From Longimicrobiales bacterium (GTDB lineage Bacteria > Gemmatimonadota > Gemmatimonadetes > Longimicrobiales > RSA9): DNA of 48,339 bases. The stretch's first letter is position 1. Every line of letters begins with the position of its first letter. The notes below the pieces were generated by a model, which saw only the letters and a program-made list of their open reading frames with translations, ran no database searches and had not been told where the DNA came from. Where the stretch lies: the NCBI GenBank assembly GCA_039912685.1, contig JBDSPG010000145.1, positions 1 through 48,339 of the forward strand. The letters run 5' to 3'. Positions 9,746-19,627 of the stretch are shown one piece after another. Position numbers and translations under genes: made by a program.

Positions 9746-10255
9746 TTGCTGCTGCAGCAGGCAGAAGTCCTGCGCGCCACTGGCGACACGTTCCGCGCGG
9801 CCGGTGATGTTTCGCGCGCGCTGCTGTTCTATGACGCAGCGATCGATCTGTATCTGCGCTCGAATCAACCGGTGTCTGCGAGTGTGGTGTGTGAACAGGT
9901 CGTGCTGCTCGCGCCGAACGGAGTGCGTGCGCGTTGCACCCTTGCCTGGATCGCGGTATTGCTTGCGCGGCAGGAGATCGTGCTGAGGCGCATTGCCGAG
10001 TATGCGGAGACCGCGGAGATCGCCGGCCAGGGCGATAGAGCGTGCCGTCAGCTTCGCTGCATGGCTGAGGAAAGCGACGAGCCGGCTGTCCTCGAAGTCA
10101 TTGCGGACGCACTGCTGCATTTGGGCGATGAACCGTCCTCGAATCGAGTCTACGCACGGATCTATGACCGCCAGCGCCCCGCCCGAGTGTATGACACAAC
10201 TGCGGATCACGCGCGCGTCGTTGCTGCCCGCCTCACCATGGCCATTTCGACCTGA
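9746..10255 (+). CDS. Hypothetical TPR-like helical protein (paralog 2; start uncertain)
   Basis: Shares RARCTLAW, LR.MAE, VL...ADALL.LGD and VY with paralog 1. Only TTG 9746 or CTG 9728/9731 are available as starts. Confidence 0.65.
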   Translation: MLLQQAEVLRATGDTFRAAGDVSRALLFYDAAIDLYLRSNQPVSASVVCEQVVLLAPNGVRARCTLAWIAVLLARQEIVLRRIAEYAETAEIAGQGDRACRQLRCMAEESDEPAVLEVIADALLHLGDEPSSNRVYARIYDRQRPARVYDTTADHARVVAARLTMAIST

Positions 10256-10328
10256 ACCTCCCCGCTGTGCAAGCCTTTCCACCCCGGTCGTCCTCCTGGT
10301 CAACAATGGCCAATCACGGAGGGTGGAC

Positions 10329-12596
10329 ATGCGGTGGATCAGGATGGCAGTACCCGGAATAATTGCACTCGCTGCTGTGGCATCACTGCCCGCCATACCG
10401 GTGCATGCACAGGGCTGGATCGAAGCGAATGGTGTGGTGCGGGAGCGGACCAGCGTATCGGTGCGCGTGCGCAATCAGATCGCAACAGTCGAAGTGGAGG
10501 AATGGTTCCGCAATCGCGGCGGCAATCTCGGCGAAGGGGATTACCTGTATCCGTTGCCTACGGGTGCGGTGTTTACAAGCTACTCGCTGTTCCAGGGCGA
10601 CAAGGAGATGCGCGGCGAAGTCCTGGATGCGAACGAGGCGCGCCGCATCTATGAGGACATCGTACGTCGCAAGAAGGATCCTGCACTGATCGAGCTGGTC
10701 GGGCATGGCCTCGTGCGTGCTCGAGTGTTTCCGATCGGTGCGGGTGAGACGCGGCGTGTCGTACTGCGCTACACGCAACCACTGTCACGCGCAGGCGATG
10801 CACTCGAGTTCCGCTATCCTGCCAATCGCGCGGCCGGGAATGCTCCGGTCAACTTCACCCTGACAGCTGAGAACGCCGGCACGTTCCGCGACGCAGTGTC
10901 ACCGACGCATGAAGTGAGCGTGCGGCGCGAGCGCGGCCAGATGGTTGTGCGTCCGACATCAACGATGCAGAGCGACTTCGCACTGCTGCTGCCGCTGTCG
11001 GAGAATGCGGTCGGCATCACGATGAGCACGCAGGGTGGCAGCTCATCCGACGACGGCTACTTCATGCTGCGTCTATCACCAGGTGCTGCTTCAGCGGCTT
11101 CACGCGTCGCGCGCGATGTGACCGTTGTTGTCGATGTATCCGGTTCGATGAGAGGCGAGAAGCTCGAGCAGGCGAAGAGCGCGCTGCGCCAGTCGCTCGG
11201 TACACTCGGCACCGATGACCGCTTCCGTCTGATCAAGTTCAGCAGTGCGAGTGATGCATGGCGTGACGACTGGGCGCAGGCGTCATCGGCCGAAATCCGT
11301 GCGGCGGGCCGGTGGGTGGACAATCTGCGCGCGGATGGCGGGACCAACATTGGTGATGCACTCCGCGATGCATTCAATACTACGTCATCAACGACGCGCC
11401 TTTCGGTGGTCGTGTTCATGACGGATGGTGTACCGTCGGTGGGCGAACAGAATCCGGAGCGGCTCGCGATGATCGCGGAGCGTGATGCAGGACGCACGCG
11501 CGTGTTCGCGTTCGGCGTCGGACAGGATGTAAATACATACCTGCTCGATCGCCTCGGAGCGTCCGGCCGCGGCAGTGCGCAGTACGTGCAGCCGGGTGAG
11601 AGCGTCGAGACTGCCCTGGGCACGCTGGCTACGAAGATCCAGTACCCCGTGCTTACCGATCTCATCATGAATGCGACGGGGGTAACGCTGCGTGAAGTGT
11701 ATCCTGGCACGCTGCCGGACCTGTTTGCGGGCGAGGATCTCGTTGTGTTCGGACGATACCGAGGTGCATCGGGCCGCGGCTCGAATGGCGTCATCATGAT
11801 CAACGGCCGCAGGTCCGGTCGTGTCGAGCGTTACTCGACGCGTGTGTCATTCGCTGGCCGCAACAACGGCAACGACTACATCGAGAAGCTGTGGGCCTCG
11901 CGCAAACTCGGTGAACTGACGCGCCGTGTGCGACTGGAGGGTCAGAACAGCGAGCTGATCGAAGAGATCCGCGCGACTGCGTTGCGCTACGGCCTGCTCA
12001 GCGAGTACACGTCATACTTCGTTGCGGAGCCGGGTGCGGCCGACCTGGCCTCTCTGACTGTAAGGGGGAGCCGGAACCCGCTGGTGCCGCGCGACCAGGT
12101 CAGCAGCCGTTCTGTTGCTCAGGGAAATGTGGCGGCCGCGCCGCCGCCGGCTACGACCGGTGCGTCTGCGGTTGCATCAGCGGAGTCGGACAGGCTGCGC
12201 CGCGAGGCGACAACGGTCGATCAGCTCGCGAAGGTTGAGAAGGCCGCTCTGCAGTTTGCGGATGCGGGTGGGGCAGGTGCTGGCGGTGGTGCTGGCTCGA
12301 CGCGCAAGGTCGTTGCCGGGCGCACGTTTGCACTGCGCGCCGGTATCTGGGAGAGCGTCCAGGAAGCTTCCGTCGGTGCAGCACCACGGGTGGTCGATGT
12401 GGTGGCGTACAGCGATGCCTACTTCGCAGTACTGCGCGCGTTGCCGGAGCTGGTGCCGTATACTGCGCTGGGCAATGTATCGGTCGCCGGCCGCCAGGTC
12501 ACGATCCGCCTGCTCGACAAGGGTGTATCCACGCTCAGTGACGCAGAGATCGTGAAGATCACGCAGCAATTCAGAGGCCCGACCACGAAACCGTGA
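10329..12596 (+). CDS. Exported VIT (vault inter-alpha-trypsin) + von Willebrand A domain protein
   Basis: GGAGGG SD, signal peptide ending VHAQ, VIT motifs (EGDYLYPLP, EARRIYEDIVR..KDPALIE, RVFPI), MIDAS DVSGSM, GGTN, FMTDG. Confidence 0.9.
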   Translation: MRWIRMAVPGIIALAAVASLPAIPVHAQGWIEANGVVRERTSVSVRVRNQIATVEVEEWFRNRGGNLGEGDYLYPLPTGAVFTSYSLFQGDKEMRGEVLDANEARRIYEDIVRRKKDPALIELVGHGLVRARVFPIGAGETRRVVLRYTQPLSRAGDALEFRYPANRAAGNAPVNFTLTAENAGTFRDAVSPTHEVSVRRERGQMVVRPTSTMQSDFALLLPLSENAVGITMSTQGGSSSDDGYFMLRLSPGAASAASRVARDVTVVVDVSGSMRGEKLEQAKSALRQSLGTLGTDDRFRLIKFSSASDAWRDDWAQASSAEIRAAGRWVDNLRADGGTNIGDALRDAFNTTSSTTRLSVVVFMTDGVPSVGEQNPERLAMIAERDAGRTRVFAFGVGQDVNTYLLDRLGASGRGSAQYVQPGESVETALGTLATKIQYPVLTDLIMNATGVTLREVYPGTLPDLFAGEDLVVFGRYRGASGRGSNGVIMINGRRSGRVERYSTRVSFAGRNNGNDYIEKLWASRKLGELTRRVRLEGQNSELIEEIRATALRYGLLSEYTSYFVAEPGAADLASLTVRGSRNPLVPRDQVSSRSVAQGNVAAAPPPATTGASAVASAESDRLRREATTVDQLAKVEKAALQFADAGGAGAGGGAGSTRKVVAGRTFALRAGIWESVQEASVGAAPRVVDVVAYSDAYFAVLRALPELVPYTALGNVSVAGRQVTIRLLDKGVSTLSDAEIVKITQQFRGPTTKP

Positions 12597-13129
12597 ACGA
12601 ACCGTATCCAGTGCCCGCACCGATCGACTGGTCGAAGCTGTACGCTGAGACGTTTGACGATCTCGCCCGCTATCTGCACCGCAAGGTGTGGGATGGCGAG
12701 CGCGCGCACGAGCTTGCACAGGAGGTTTTTGTGCGGGCACTGGGACACGGTGGAGAGATGCCACCGGAACGGCCGCGGGCGTGGCTGTTCACGATCGCCG
12801 CAAACCTCGCGCGGGATGAATCGAAGATGGTGTTGCGTCGACGGAAGCACCTTGCGCTGATCCAGGGCGGTGCGGCAACAAGCACCGAGATGGACCCGCT
12901 CGAGCGCATGGAGCGCGAGGCGAAAGAAGCAGCGGCGCGGCGCGCGCTCGAAGAGCTGAATGAGCGTGATCGTGAAGTGCTGTTGTTGTGGGATGCCGGA
13001 TTGAACTATCAGGAGATCGCGGAGCAGGCGGGTCTCGCCGTCGGCGCCATCGGTACCACGCTATCGCGTGCGAGGCGTCGCCTGGTTGAAGCACATACCG
13101 CGCTGGAGGCACGAAATGCAGCACATTGA
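12593..13129 (+). CDS. ECF-family RNA polymerase sigma factor
   Basis: AHELAQEVFVRA, RAWLFTIAANLARD (region 2); LNERDREVLLL, YQEIA, GTTLSRARRRL (region 4). GTGA overlap with the vWA gene. Confidence 0.93.
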   Translation: MNEPYPVPAPIDWSKLYAETFDDLARYLHRKVWDGERAHELAQEVFVRALGHGGEMPPERPRAWLFTIAANLARDESKMVLRRRKHLALIQGGAATSTEMDPLERMEREAKEAAARRALEELNERDREVLLLWDAGLNYQEIAEQAGLAVGAIGTTLSRARRRLVEAHTALEARNAAH

Positions 13130-14309
13130 TGAAGCCATGTTGCACGAGTATCTCGATCGCAGCGGCGAGACGGATACAGCGCTGGACGCGGTGGAGACGC
13201 ATCTCGCCTCGTGCGGCGCGTGTCGCGCGAAGCTCGATGAGGCGATTGCACTGCGTGCGGCGGCGGGTGATATCCTGCGGGCTGCGTCCCCGGTGACGCG
13301 CGTGATGCCGCCGTTCGCGGAGATCGCAGCGCGCAGTGGGGCAGATAGTTCGGCGCGTGTAGCGCCGTTAATGGTCAAGAAGCGTAGCCGCACGCGTGAC
13401 CTGGCGTGGGCCGCGACCGTTGTGCTCGCACTGGGCGCGGGCTGGATCGCGAAATCGATGTATGGTTCGGATGTGGCAGTTGAGGTTGCAGCGACACCGA
13501 AGCAGAATGCGGCTGATGCTGCAGTACCGCCGGCGACACAGCCTGCGGTCGCGGAGACTGCGCCTGCCGAGGCGGCGGGGAATGCGGCTCCGCCGTCTGC
13601 ATCGCAGGACGTGCGCACGCGGTTGGAGGCTGTGTCCCCGCCGATGGTGGCAAGTGCGCCACTCCCTGTAGCTCCGCCTGTCACCGCGCCGGCCGCTTTT
13701 GCGCAAACATCGATACGGGGCTCGCGGGAGGATGCGAACGCAAAGGCAAGCGACCTGGGCACACTGGTCGTTACAGGCGATCGCAACCCGCTGGTGCCGC
13801 GTGATCAGGTGAGCCGCCGAAGCATCGTGACGGGCGAGATAGCCGCTGCATCTGCCGATGATTCGTACGCTGTACGTCAGCTGCTCCGCGATGCGGACTG
13901 GCAGAGTGTATCGGCGGACTCGGCCGCGCGGGCAGCGGGTGGCGTCATCGTTCGCGCGCGCGGTCTACGCGTGCTCGACTACGCAGTTGCGGCAGAGGTC
14001 GTCGGCAAACGTGTGCGTGTGCGACAGATCACGCAGCAGGGTGACACAGTGATGACTGTACAGCTGTCACGCGCTCCAATGGCAGTGATTGGATATGCGC
14101 CGTCGGGCGGTACGACCGCGACGAATCAACTGGCCGAAGGCAGGCGCCTGCCGCTCTACGGAACGCTGGAACGCGCCGAAGCCAGTGGCTGGCATTTTCA
14201 GTCGGTGCGGTGGTGGGACGACAGGCTCGTTGTATTTGCAGGGAAGACCCGGGCATCGATCATTGAAAGAGAACTGGAGCAGTCGGGGCCAGGCGGAACC
14301 CGGCCGTAA
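13116..14309 (+). CDS. Zinc-finger (zf-HC2) transmembrane anti-sigma factor
   Basis: LHEYLD...VETHLASCGAC (HxxxCxxC), TM segment LAWAATVVLALGAGW, Pro/Ala-rich linker; overlaps the sigma gene end. Confidence 0.85.
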   Translation: MQHIDEAMLHEYLDRSGETDTALDAVETHLASCGACRAKLDEAIALRAAAGDILRAASPVTRVMPPFAEIAARSGADSSARVAPLMVKKRSRTRDLAWAATVVLALGAGWIAKSMYGSDVAVEVAATPKQNAADAAVPPATQPAVAETAPAEAAGNAAPPSASQDVRTRLEAVSPPMVASAPLPVAPPVTAPAAFAQTSIRGSREDANAKASDLGTLVVTGDRNPLVPRDQVSRRSIVTGEIAAASADDSYAVRQLLRDADWQSVSADSAARAAGGVIVRARGLRVLDYAVAAEVVGKRVRVRQITQQGDTVMTVQLSRAPMAVIGYAPSGGTTATNQLAEGRRLPLYGTLERAEASGWHFQSVRWWDDRLVVFAGKTRASIIERELEQSGPGGTRP

Positions 14310-14336
14310 CGCAGCGCAACTGGCGTTACAGGCTAT

Positions 14337-16430
14337 TTATTCCGTGGCATCCTTCGGCTTCAAGTACGTCTCGAGCCAACCGAGCATGGTATCCCACCAC
14401 ACCATCGCATTCGCCGGTTTCAGGACCCAGTGCCCCTCATCGGGGAAATACAGCAGCCGCGATGGGAGGCCGCGACGGCGCATGGTTGTGAATGCCGCGA
14501 GTCCCTGCTCCAGCGGCACGCGATAATCGAGGCCACCGTGCACAACGAGCAGCGGCGTCGACATGTTCTTCGCGTTTGCAGCAGGATTCCACTTTTCGTA
14601 ACCGGCCGGATTCTCCCACGGCGTTCCGCCATATTCCCACTCGGGGAACCACAGCTCTTCCGTGGCGCCATACATCGAGCGAGTATCGTAGATCCCGTCG
14701 TGTGTGATGAGCGCGTCGAAGCGATCTGTATGACCGTTGATCCAGTTGATCATGTACCCGCCGTATGACGCACCTGCGGCACCGAGCCGGTTCTTGTCCA
14801 TGAACGGATTGACAGCGAGCGCGTGATCGAGGCCGTTCATTATGTCCGTGTACACCTTGCCACCCCAGTCACCACTGATCTCGTCCGTGAACTTCTGGCC
14901 GTATCCGGTACTGCCTCGCGGATTCACGAGTACGGCGACGTACCCCGGTGCAGTGAACATGTTAGGGTTCCAGCGATAGCTCCACGAATTGCCCCAGGCA
15001 CCCTGCGGGCCGCCGTGAATCAGCAGTACGACGGGATACTTGCGGGTCGCATCGAAGTTTGGTGGCTTGACGATGAATCCCTGAACGCGCTGTCCTTCCG
15101 CGCCCTCGAACCAGAAGGGTTCGGCCGGCTGCAAAGCGAGTTGCCCAAGAAGCGCGTCATTCGCGTGTGTGAGCTGACGCAGAATTTTCCCCTGCGCATC
15201 CATCGCATACAAATCGACAGGGTGTGCAGCGGATTGCCGGGCTACCACGATTGTCTTGCCGTCGGCGCCGATCGCAACAGCGTTGTTGTAGCCGTCGACC
15301 GAGAGGGGCGTGATTGCACCGGTCGCCACCGTAATGCGATGCAGTGTGTGGTTGAGTCGTTCCGGTGCGAGAAACCAGATCGACTTCGAGTCGGCGGACC
15401 ACTGGAAGAAGTCGGGCGAAAGATCGAGCTGTTCGGTAAGCGTCCGAACCTGCCCGGTCTTGCGATCGTACAGTGAGATGCGCGCGCGATCCGATTCGAA
15501 TCCTGGCCGCACCATTGCGAGATATGCGATGTAGCGACCGTCCGGCGAGTAGTGCGGCGCAACATCGTTCGCACGCGATTCCGTGAGACGCTTCGCCTCC
15601 CCGCCATTCGTCGGCGCGAGCCATACGTCGTTGCCCGTGCCGACCATGGTCTGCGCATCGGTGTTACGAACAAACGCGATCTCGGAATTGTCAGGGCTGA
15701 TATCGTAGTCGAGGAACCCCCCGAGTGCGATCGGCGGCGCGTCATATGCACCCGGCGTCACGTCCGTGGATTTCTGTGTCGCTATGTCGAGCACGAACAC
15801 ATGCGAGCGGAGTCCGTCTTCCCACTCATCCCAATGCCGGTAGCCCACCTCGTCGTAAATCTTTGCTTCCGATTTCGACGTCGCAAGCTTATCCAGCCTC
15901 GAAGCGAGCTCATCGCCCGCGGGTTTGACACCGCTCGTGAACAGGACCTTCGTTCCATCCCGCGACCAGACCAGCGGACCGGATACGCCGCCGTCGAGTG
16001 CCGTGAGCTTGCGCGCATCACCGCCGCCTGCGGGCATCACCCACACCTGAGGTCCGGCTTCGCGCGAGGAAACGAAGGCGAGAAGCTTCCCGTCGGGGGA
16101 CCATGCCGGTGAATTACTGGAGCCCGTCGCACTCCGCGTCCGCTGGGTCGGCTCACCGCCCGTAGCGGGCACGGCCCAGATATCGGTCTTCGACTTGTAT
16201 GTTGTCAGGTCGTACCTTGTTTGCGTGTACGCGACGGTTTTACTGTCCGGGCTGAGGGCAGGGTCTCCGACTCGTGTGAGGGACCACAGGTCCCTCGACG
16301 TCATGGCGCGCTTCGCGGCCTGTCCGCCGGCGACCGGGGAGCCGAGAGGCGTCTGGGCGGTGGCGCCGCCGACCACAGTCGCGGTGAGGAAGAGGGCGGC
16401 CACAAGGCGGCCACGGGTGTGTCTGCTCAT
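14337..16430 (-). CDS. S9 family (prolyl oligopeptidase / acylaminoacyl peptidase-like) exported peptidase
   Basis: Signal peptide, PD40 propeller repeats, IHGGPQ, GASYGG nucleophile motif, DYRVP, DEGHW. Confidence 0.93.
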   Translation of the reverse strand: MSRHTRGRLVAALFLTATVVGGATAQTPLGSPVAGGQAAKRAMTSRDLWSLTRVGDPALSPDSKTVAYTQTRYDLTTYKSKTDIWAVPATGGEPTQRTRSATGSSNSPAWSPDGKLLAFVSSREAGPQVWVMPAGGGDARKLTALDGGVSGPLVWSRDGTKVLFTSGVKPAGDELASRLDKLATSKSEAKIYDEVGYRHWDEWEDGLRSHVFVLDIATQKSTDVTPGAYDAPPIALGGFLDYDISPDNSEIAFVRNTDAQTMVGTGNDVWLAPTNGGEAKRLTESRANDVAPHYSPDGRYIAYLAMVRPGFESDRARISLYDRKTGQVRTLTEQLDLSPDFFQWSADSKSIWFLAPERLNHTLHRITVATGAITPLSVDGYNNAVAIGADGKTIVVARQSAAHPVDLYAMDAQGKILRQLTHANDALLGQLALQPAEPFWFEGAEGQRVQGFIVKPPNFDATRKYPVVLLIHGGPQGAWGNSWSYRWNPNMFTAPGYVAVLVNPRGSTGYGQKFTDEISGDWGGKVYTDIMNGLDHALAVNPFMDKNRLGAAGASYGGYMINWINGHTDRFDALITHDGIYDTRSMYGATEELWFPEWEYGGTPWENPAGYEKWNPAANAKNMSTPLLVVHGGLDYRVPLEQGLAAFTTMRRRGLPSRLLYFPDEGHWVLKPANAMVWWDTMLGWLETYLKPKDATE

Positions 16431-16551
16431 TCGATACCCCTGCTGATTGTGTGGATCCACGATGATGGGGGGGCGAGCGTCCGCCGGGCAAGGCGCGGGA
16501 TGGGGGCGAGTGACAGCCTGCCATGGCGTGGAACGTGCCAAGAGGGTCCTC

Positions 16552-17268
16552 ATGTATGACCTGACTCGGCTGTCCCTCTCCGCAATGACGGACTGCAGTA
16601 CTCATCTACGTCGTCTTGGCCAGCGCGCTTCGTCGATGGAGGAAGTGGCGGGGGAAGTCGCGCGCTTTCTTTACGACAATATCGGAGTGGGTGACCAGCG
16701 AGCGTGCGCGCTTGCAAGAGTCTACAAGACGCATCCCCTGGGTCAGCTTCCCGAAGAACTTCAGGATTTCGCGCGGAGTGGGGCCGGCACCGTAGGACTG
16801 CATCAGCTCACGAAATGCCTGACGCTGCTAGCGACCGTGGGTGATGAGGCGGCGTGGAACGACAGACGAAGCTCGCGCTTGCATCAGGCGATTCCGTTGC
16901 CGAGTCCCCAGACAGTTGAGCAGGCGCCAATGGTGGCTCAACTCATGAGACAGCTCGGGCTCGACATAGCCCAGGTACTATCGCCCGACCCGGCTCTGCT
17001 GATCGACATGTCGCAGACCACATTCAATGTGTTCCATGTACAACACGCACTAGGCAGTCCCTTCATTCCCGCACAGGATTTCGTAACGACACATGGGATT
17101 GCATCGGTTCTCGGCTTCGGCGGCGTTTTCCCGACGGGGGACCTCTTCTGTGTCATCCTGTTTTCGCGCGCCGCGATTCCGCCCACAACGGCCGAGTTGT
17201 TCAAGCCTCTGGCGCTCGCGGTCAAAGTCGCGCTGGTTCCGTTTGCGGGCGAGCAGGTCTTCGCGTGA
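16552..17268 (+). CDS. Hypothetical cytoplasmic protein, possible sensor partner of the downstream kinase
   Basis: ATG 16552, 238 aa with globular composition; GTGA overlap with the kinase start. Confidence 0.75.
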   Translation: MYDLTRLSLSAMTDCSTHLRRLGQRASSMEEVAGEVARFLYDNIGVGDQRACALARVYKTHPLGQLPEELQDFARSGAGTVGLHQLTKCLTLLATVGDEAAWNDRRSSRLHQAIPLPSPQTVEQAPMVAQLMRQLGLDIAQVLSPDPALLIDMSQTTFNVFHVQHALGSPFIPAQDFVTTHGIASVLGFGGVFPTGDLFCVILFSRAAIPPTTAELFKPLALAVKVALVPFAGEQVFA

Positions 17269-18167
17269 CGGCAACATCCTCCGGGTCAACGATTGTTGCG
17301 AGTGACCCGGTGCTGGATGCGAGTGCGCGTCGCATCAATCGGCTGGAGTCACAGGTTGCCGCGTTGGAGCAGCTGCTCGATGTAACGGAGCGGACTGTCA
17401 CCGAGCAGTCCGACCGGCTCGAGGTCGCGCGTGAGGAAGCGGAGCAGGCGAACCAGGCGAAGGCAGATTTCCTTGCAACGATGTCACACGAGCTGCGCAC
17501 GCCACTCAACGCGATGATCGGCTATACGGATCTGTGGATCATGGGCTTGCCGGAGAAGCTGACCGCTTCAATGACCACACAGGTTGAGCGGGTACGCTTG
17601 AGCGCAAAACATCTGCTTCAGCTTATTGAGGAGATCCTCACGTTCTCCCGTATCGAGGCTGCACAAGAGACCGTGGAACCCATTGACACATCGGTAGCCG
17701 AGCTGGTACAGGCTGCGGCTGCGGTGGCCGAGCCACTCGCCCTAGCCAAGGGTTTGCACTTCACTGTCAATCTTCCCAAGCAGAACATCGGGATGTTCAC
17801 AGATGCGCGGAAATGCCGTCAAACCCTCATCAACCTGCTTACGAATGCCGTAAAATTCACTGCGCGCGGCACCGTCCACCTGGAGGTGGAAGTGATCGAC
17901 AGCACGATGGTGGCGGTTGTAACCGATACGGGCGAGGGAATCAGTGAAGAGAATCTTGCTCAGATCTTTGAGCCGTTTTTTCAGGCGACTCATACCAATA
18001 TCGACCGGCCCGGCGGAACGGGTCTTGGCCTGCCCGTGAGCCGCAGGCTTGCGGCAATGCTCGGTGGCGATTTGACGGTGACGAGCGCTCTCGGCTCGGG
18101 CAGCGCGTTTACGCTCCGGCTGCCGCTGAGGGCGCCGACGGTCACTCCCACGGAAGCCTCCGTGTAA
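17265..18167 (+). CDS. Cytoplasmic histidine kinase (HisKA + HATPase), no sensor domain
   Basis: FLATMSHELRTPLN H-box, NLLTNAVKFT, DTGEGI, FEPF, GGTGLGL. Confidence 0.93.
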   Translation: MTATSSGSTIVASDPVLDASARRINRLESQVAALEQLLDVTERTVTEQSDRLEVAREEAEQANQAKADFLATMSHELRTPLNAMIGYTDLWIMGLPEKLTASMTTQVERVRLSAKHLLQLIEEILTFSRIEAAQETVEPIDTSVAELVQAAAAVAEPLALAKGLHFTVNLPKQNIGMFTDARKCRQTLINLLTNAVKFTARGTVHLEVEVIDSTMVAVVTDTGEGISEENLAQIFEPFFQATHTNIDRPGGTGLGLPVSRRLAAMLGGDLTVTSALGSGSAFTLRLPLRAPTVTPTEASV

Positions 18168-18271
18168 CGCGCAGACAAAACTCGCGCGGGTTGCTGCATC
18201 GTTTTCAAGCGCTGGCGGTGTGATATATTGGTGGGACGGGACCGAACCGTCATTGCAACCACAGGGCCGCC

Positions 18272-19534
18272 ATGCTTGCTCGACCGATGTCCATTGCCAT
18301 CCTGCTCGCGGGGTTGGCTTCACCCGCCATTGCTCAGGCACCCGCGCCGTCAGCAACGCCGATCAACGTGTTCCTCGATTGTCAGTCGCGCGGCTGCGAC
18401 TCTGACCATTTCCGGACGGAAATCCCGTTCGTCAACTGGGTGCGGGACCGCACAGTCGGCGATGTACACCTTCTCATCACATCGCAGGAGACGGGGAGTG
18501 GCGGTGCTGCTTATGTACTCGCGTTCTTCGGTCTGCGTTCGTTTGAAGAGGATACGTTGCAGCTCACGATGTCGACGCCGCAGACTGCGACATCAGCGGA
18601 GCGGCGCGATGCGTTGACCAACAGAATTGCACAGGGACTTCTGCGTTACGCGATTCACACGACGGCCGCGGAGCGCGTCACGGTGCGACTGCCGAATGCG
18701 GACGACAATGAAGGCGCAACGGGCTTGCTTGCGGGAGTGAAGGATCCGTGGAACCACTGGGTGTTTTCGCTGGGTGGCGATGTCAGCGCTGACGGGGAGC
18801 AGCAGCAGGCGAGTCAGTCTTTCCATGGCAATGTGAAGGCATCCCGCGTGACGGAAGCGTGGAAGTTCGAGGTGGGTGCGTCTGGATCGTACAGGGAGAA
18901 TCGTTACGACCTCGAAGAGAGCGAGTTGACCGTGGTCCGGCGCGACTACAGCTCGCGCGCCGGAGCGGCGAAGGCGCTCGCGGCGCAGTGGTCCGCCGGC
19001 GCTCTGATCGAGGCGGGTACATCGACATTCCGTAATCAGGACCTTCACGTTCGCCTGTCGCCCGCTTTGGAGTACAGCTTCTACCCTTACAGCGAGTTCT
19101 CCCGGCGGCGCATCACGCTTCAGTATTCGGTGGGCTTCAATCATTTTGACTACACAGAGATCACGCTCTTCGACAAGACCGAGGAGCGCGTGGTCGATGA
19201 AAAGCTCGAACTCGGAATGAAGTACCAGCAGCCATGGGGCGAAGCCGGTCTCGACATCAGCGGATCCCACTATTTCCACGACCTGAGCCGCTACGAGCTA
19301 GGCGTCGAGGCAGGTCTTGACGTCCGCATCTTCAAGGGTCTCGAGGCGGAGGTGAAAGCCGAGTATTCCCGCGTCCACAACCAGCTCTACATTCAGAAGG
19401 GTGATGCGAGCGACGAAGACGTACTGACGGAGCGGCTGGCACTGGCCACCGGCTACCAGTACGACTTCAGCGTCGGCTTGCGGTACACGTTCGGGTCCAT
19501 CTTCAATAACGTGGTCAATCGCCGGTTCGACTGA
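18272..19534 (+). CDS. Hypothetical outer-membrane beta-barrel protein
   Basis: Signal peptide ending AIAQ, N-terminal FLDC...CD domain, amphipathic beta strands to GLRYTFGS. Start may be 18287. Confidence 0.75.
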   Translation: MLARPMSIAILLAGLASPAIAQAPAPSATPINVFLDCQSRGCDSDHFRTEIPFVNWVRDRTVGDVHLLITSQETGSGGAAYVLAFFGLRSFEEDTLQLTMSTPQTATSAERRDALTNRIAQGLLRYAIHTTAAERVTVRLPNADDNEGATGLLAGVKDPWNHWVFSLGGDVSADGEQQQASQSFHGNVKASRVTEAWKFEVGASGSYRENRYDLEESELTVVRRDYSSRAGAAKALAAQWSAGALIEAGTSTFRNQDLHVRLSPALEYSFYPYSEFSRRRITLQYSVGFNHFDYTEITLFDKTEERVVDEKLELGMKYQQPWGEAGLDISGSHYFHDLSRYELGVEAGLDVRIFKGLEAEVKAEYSRVHNQLYIQKGDASDEDVLTERLALATGYQYDFSVGLRYTFGSIFNNVVNRRFD

Positions 19535-19627
19535 AGGGTCGCCAGGGGTTGACCGCGGCAGGGACTGGGTGAACGTTGCATGACGCGCAGTCCAGACCGA
19601 TCAATGGAAAGTCCCGGAGGAGGGATC

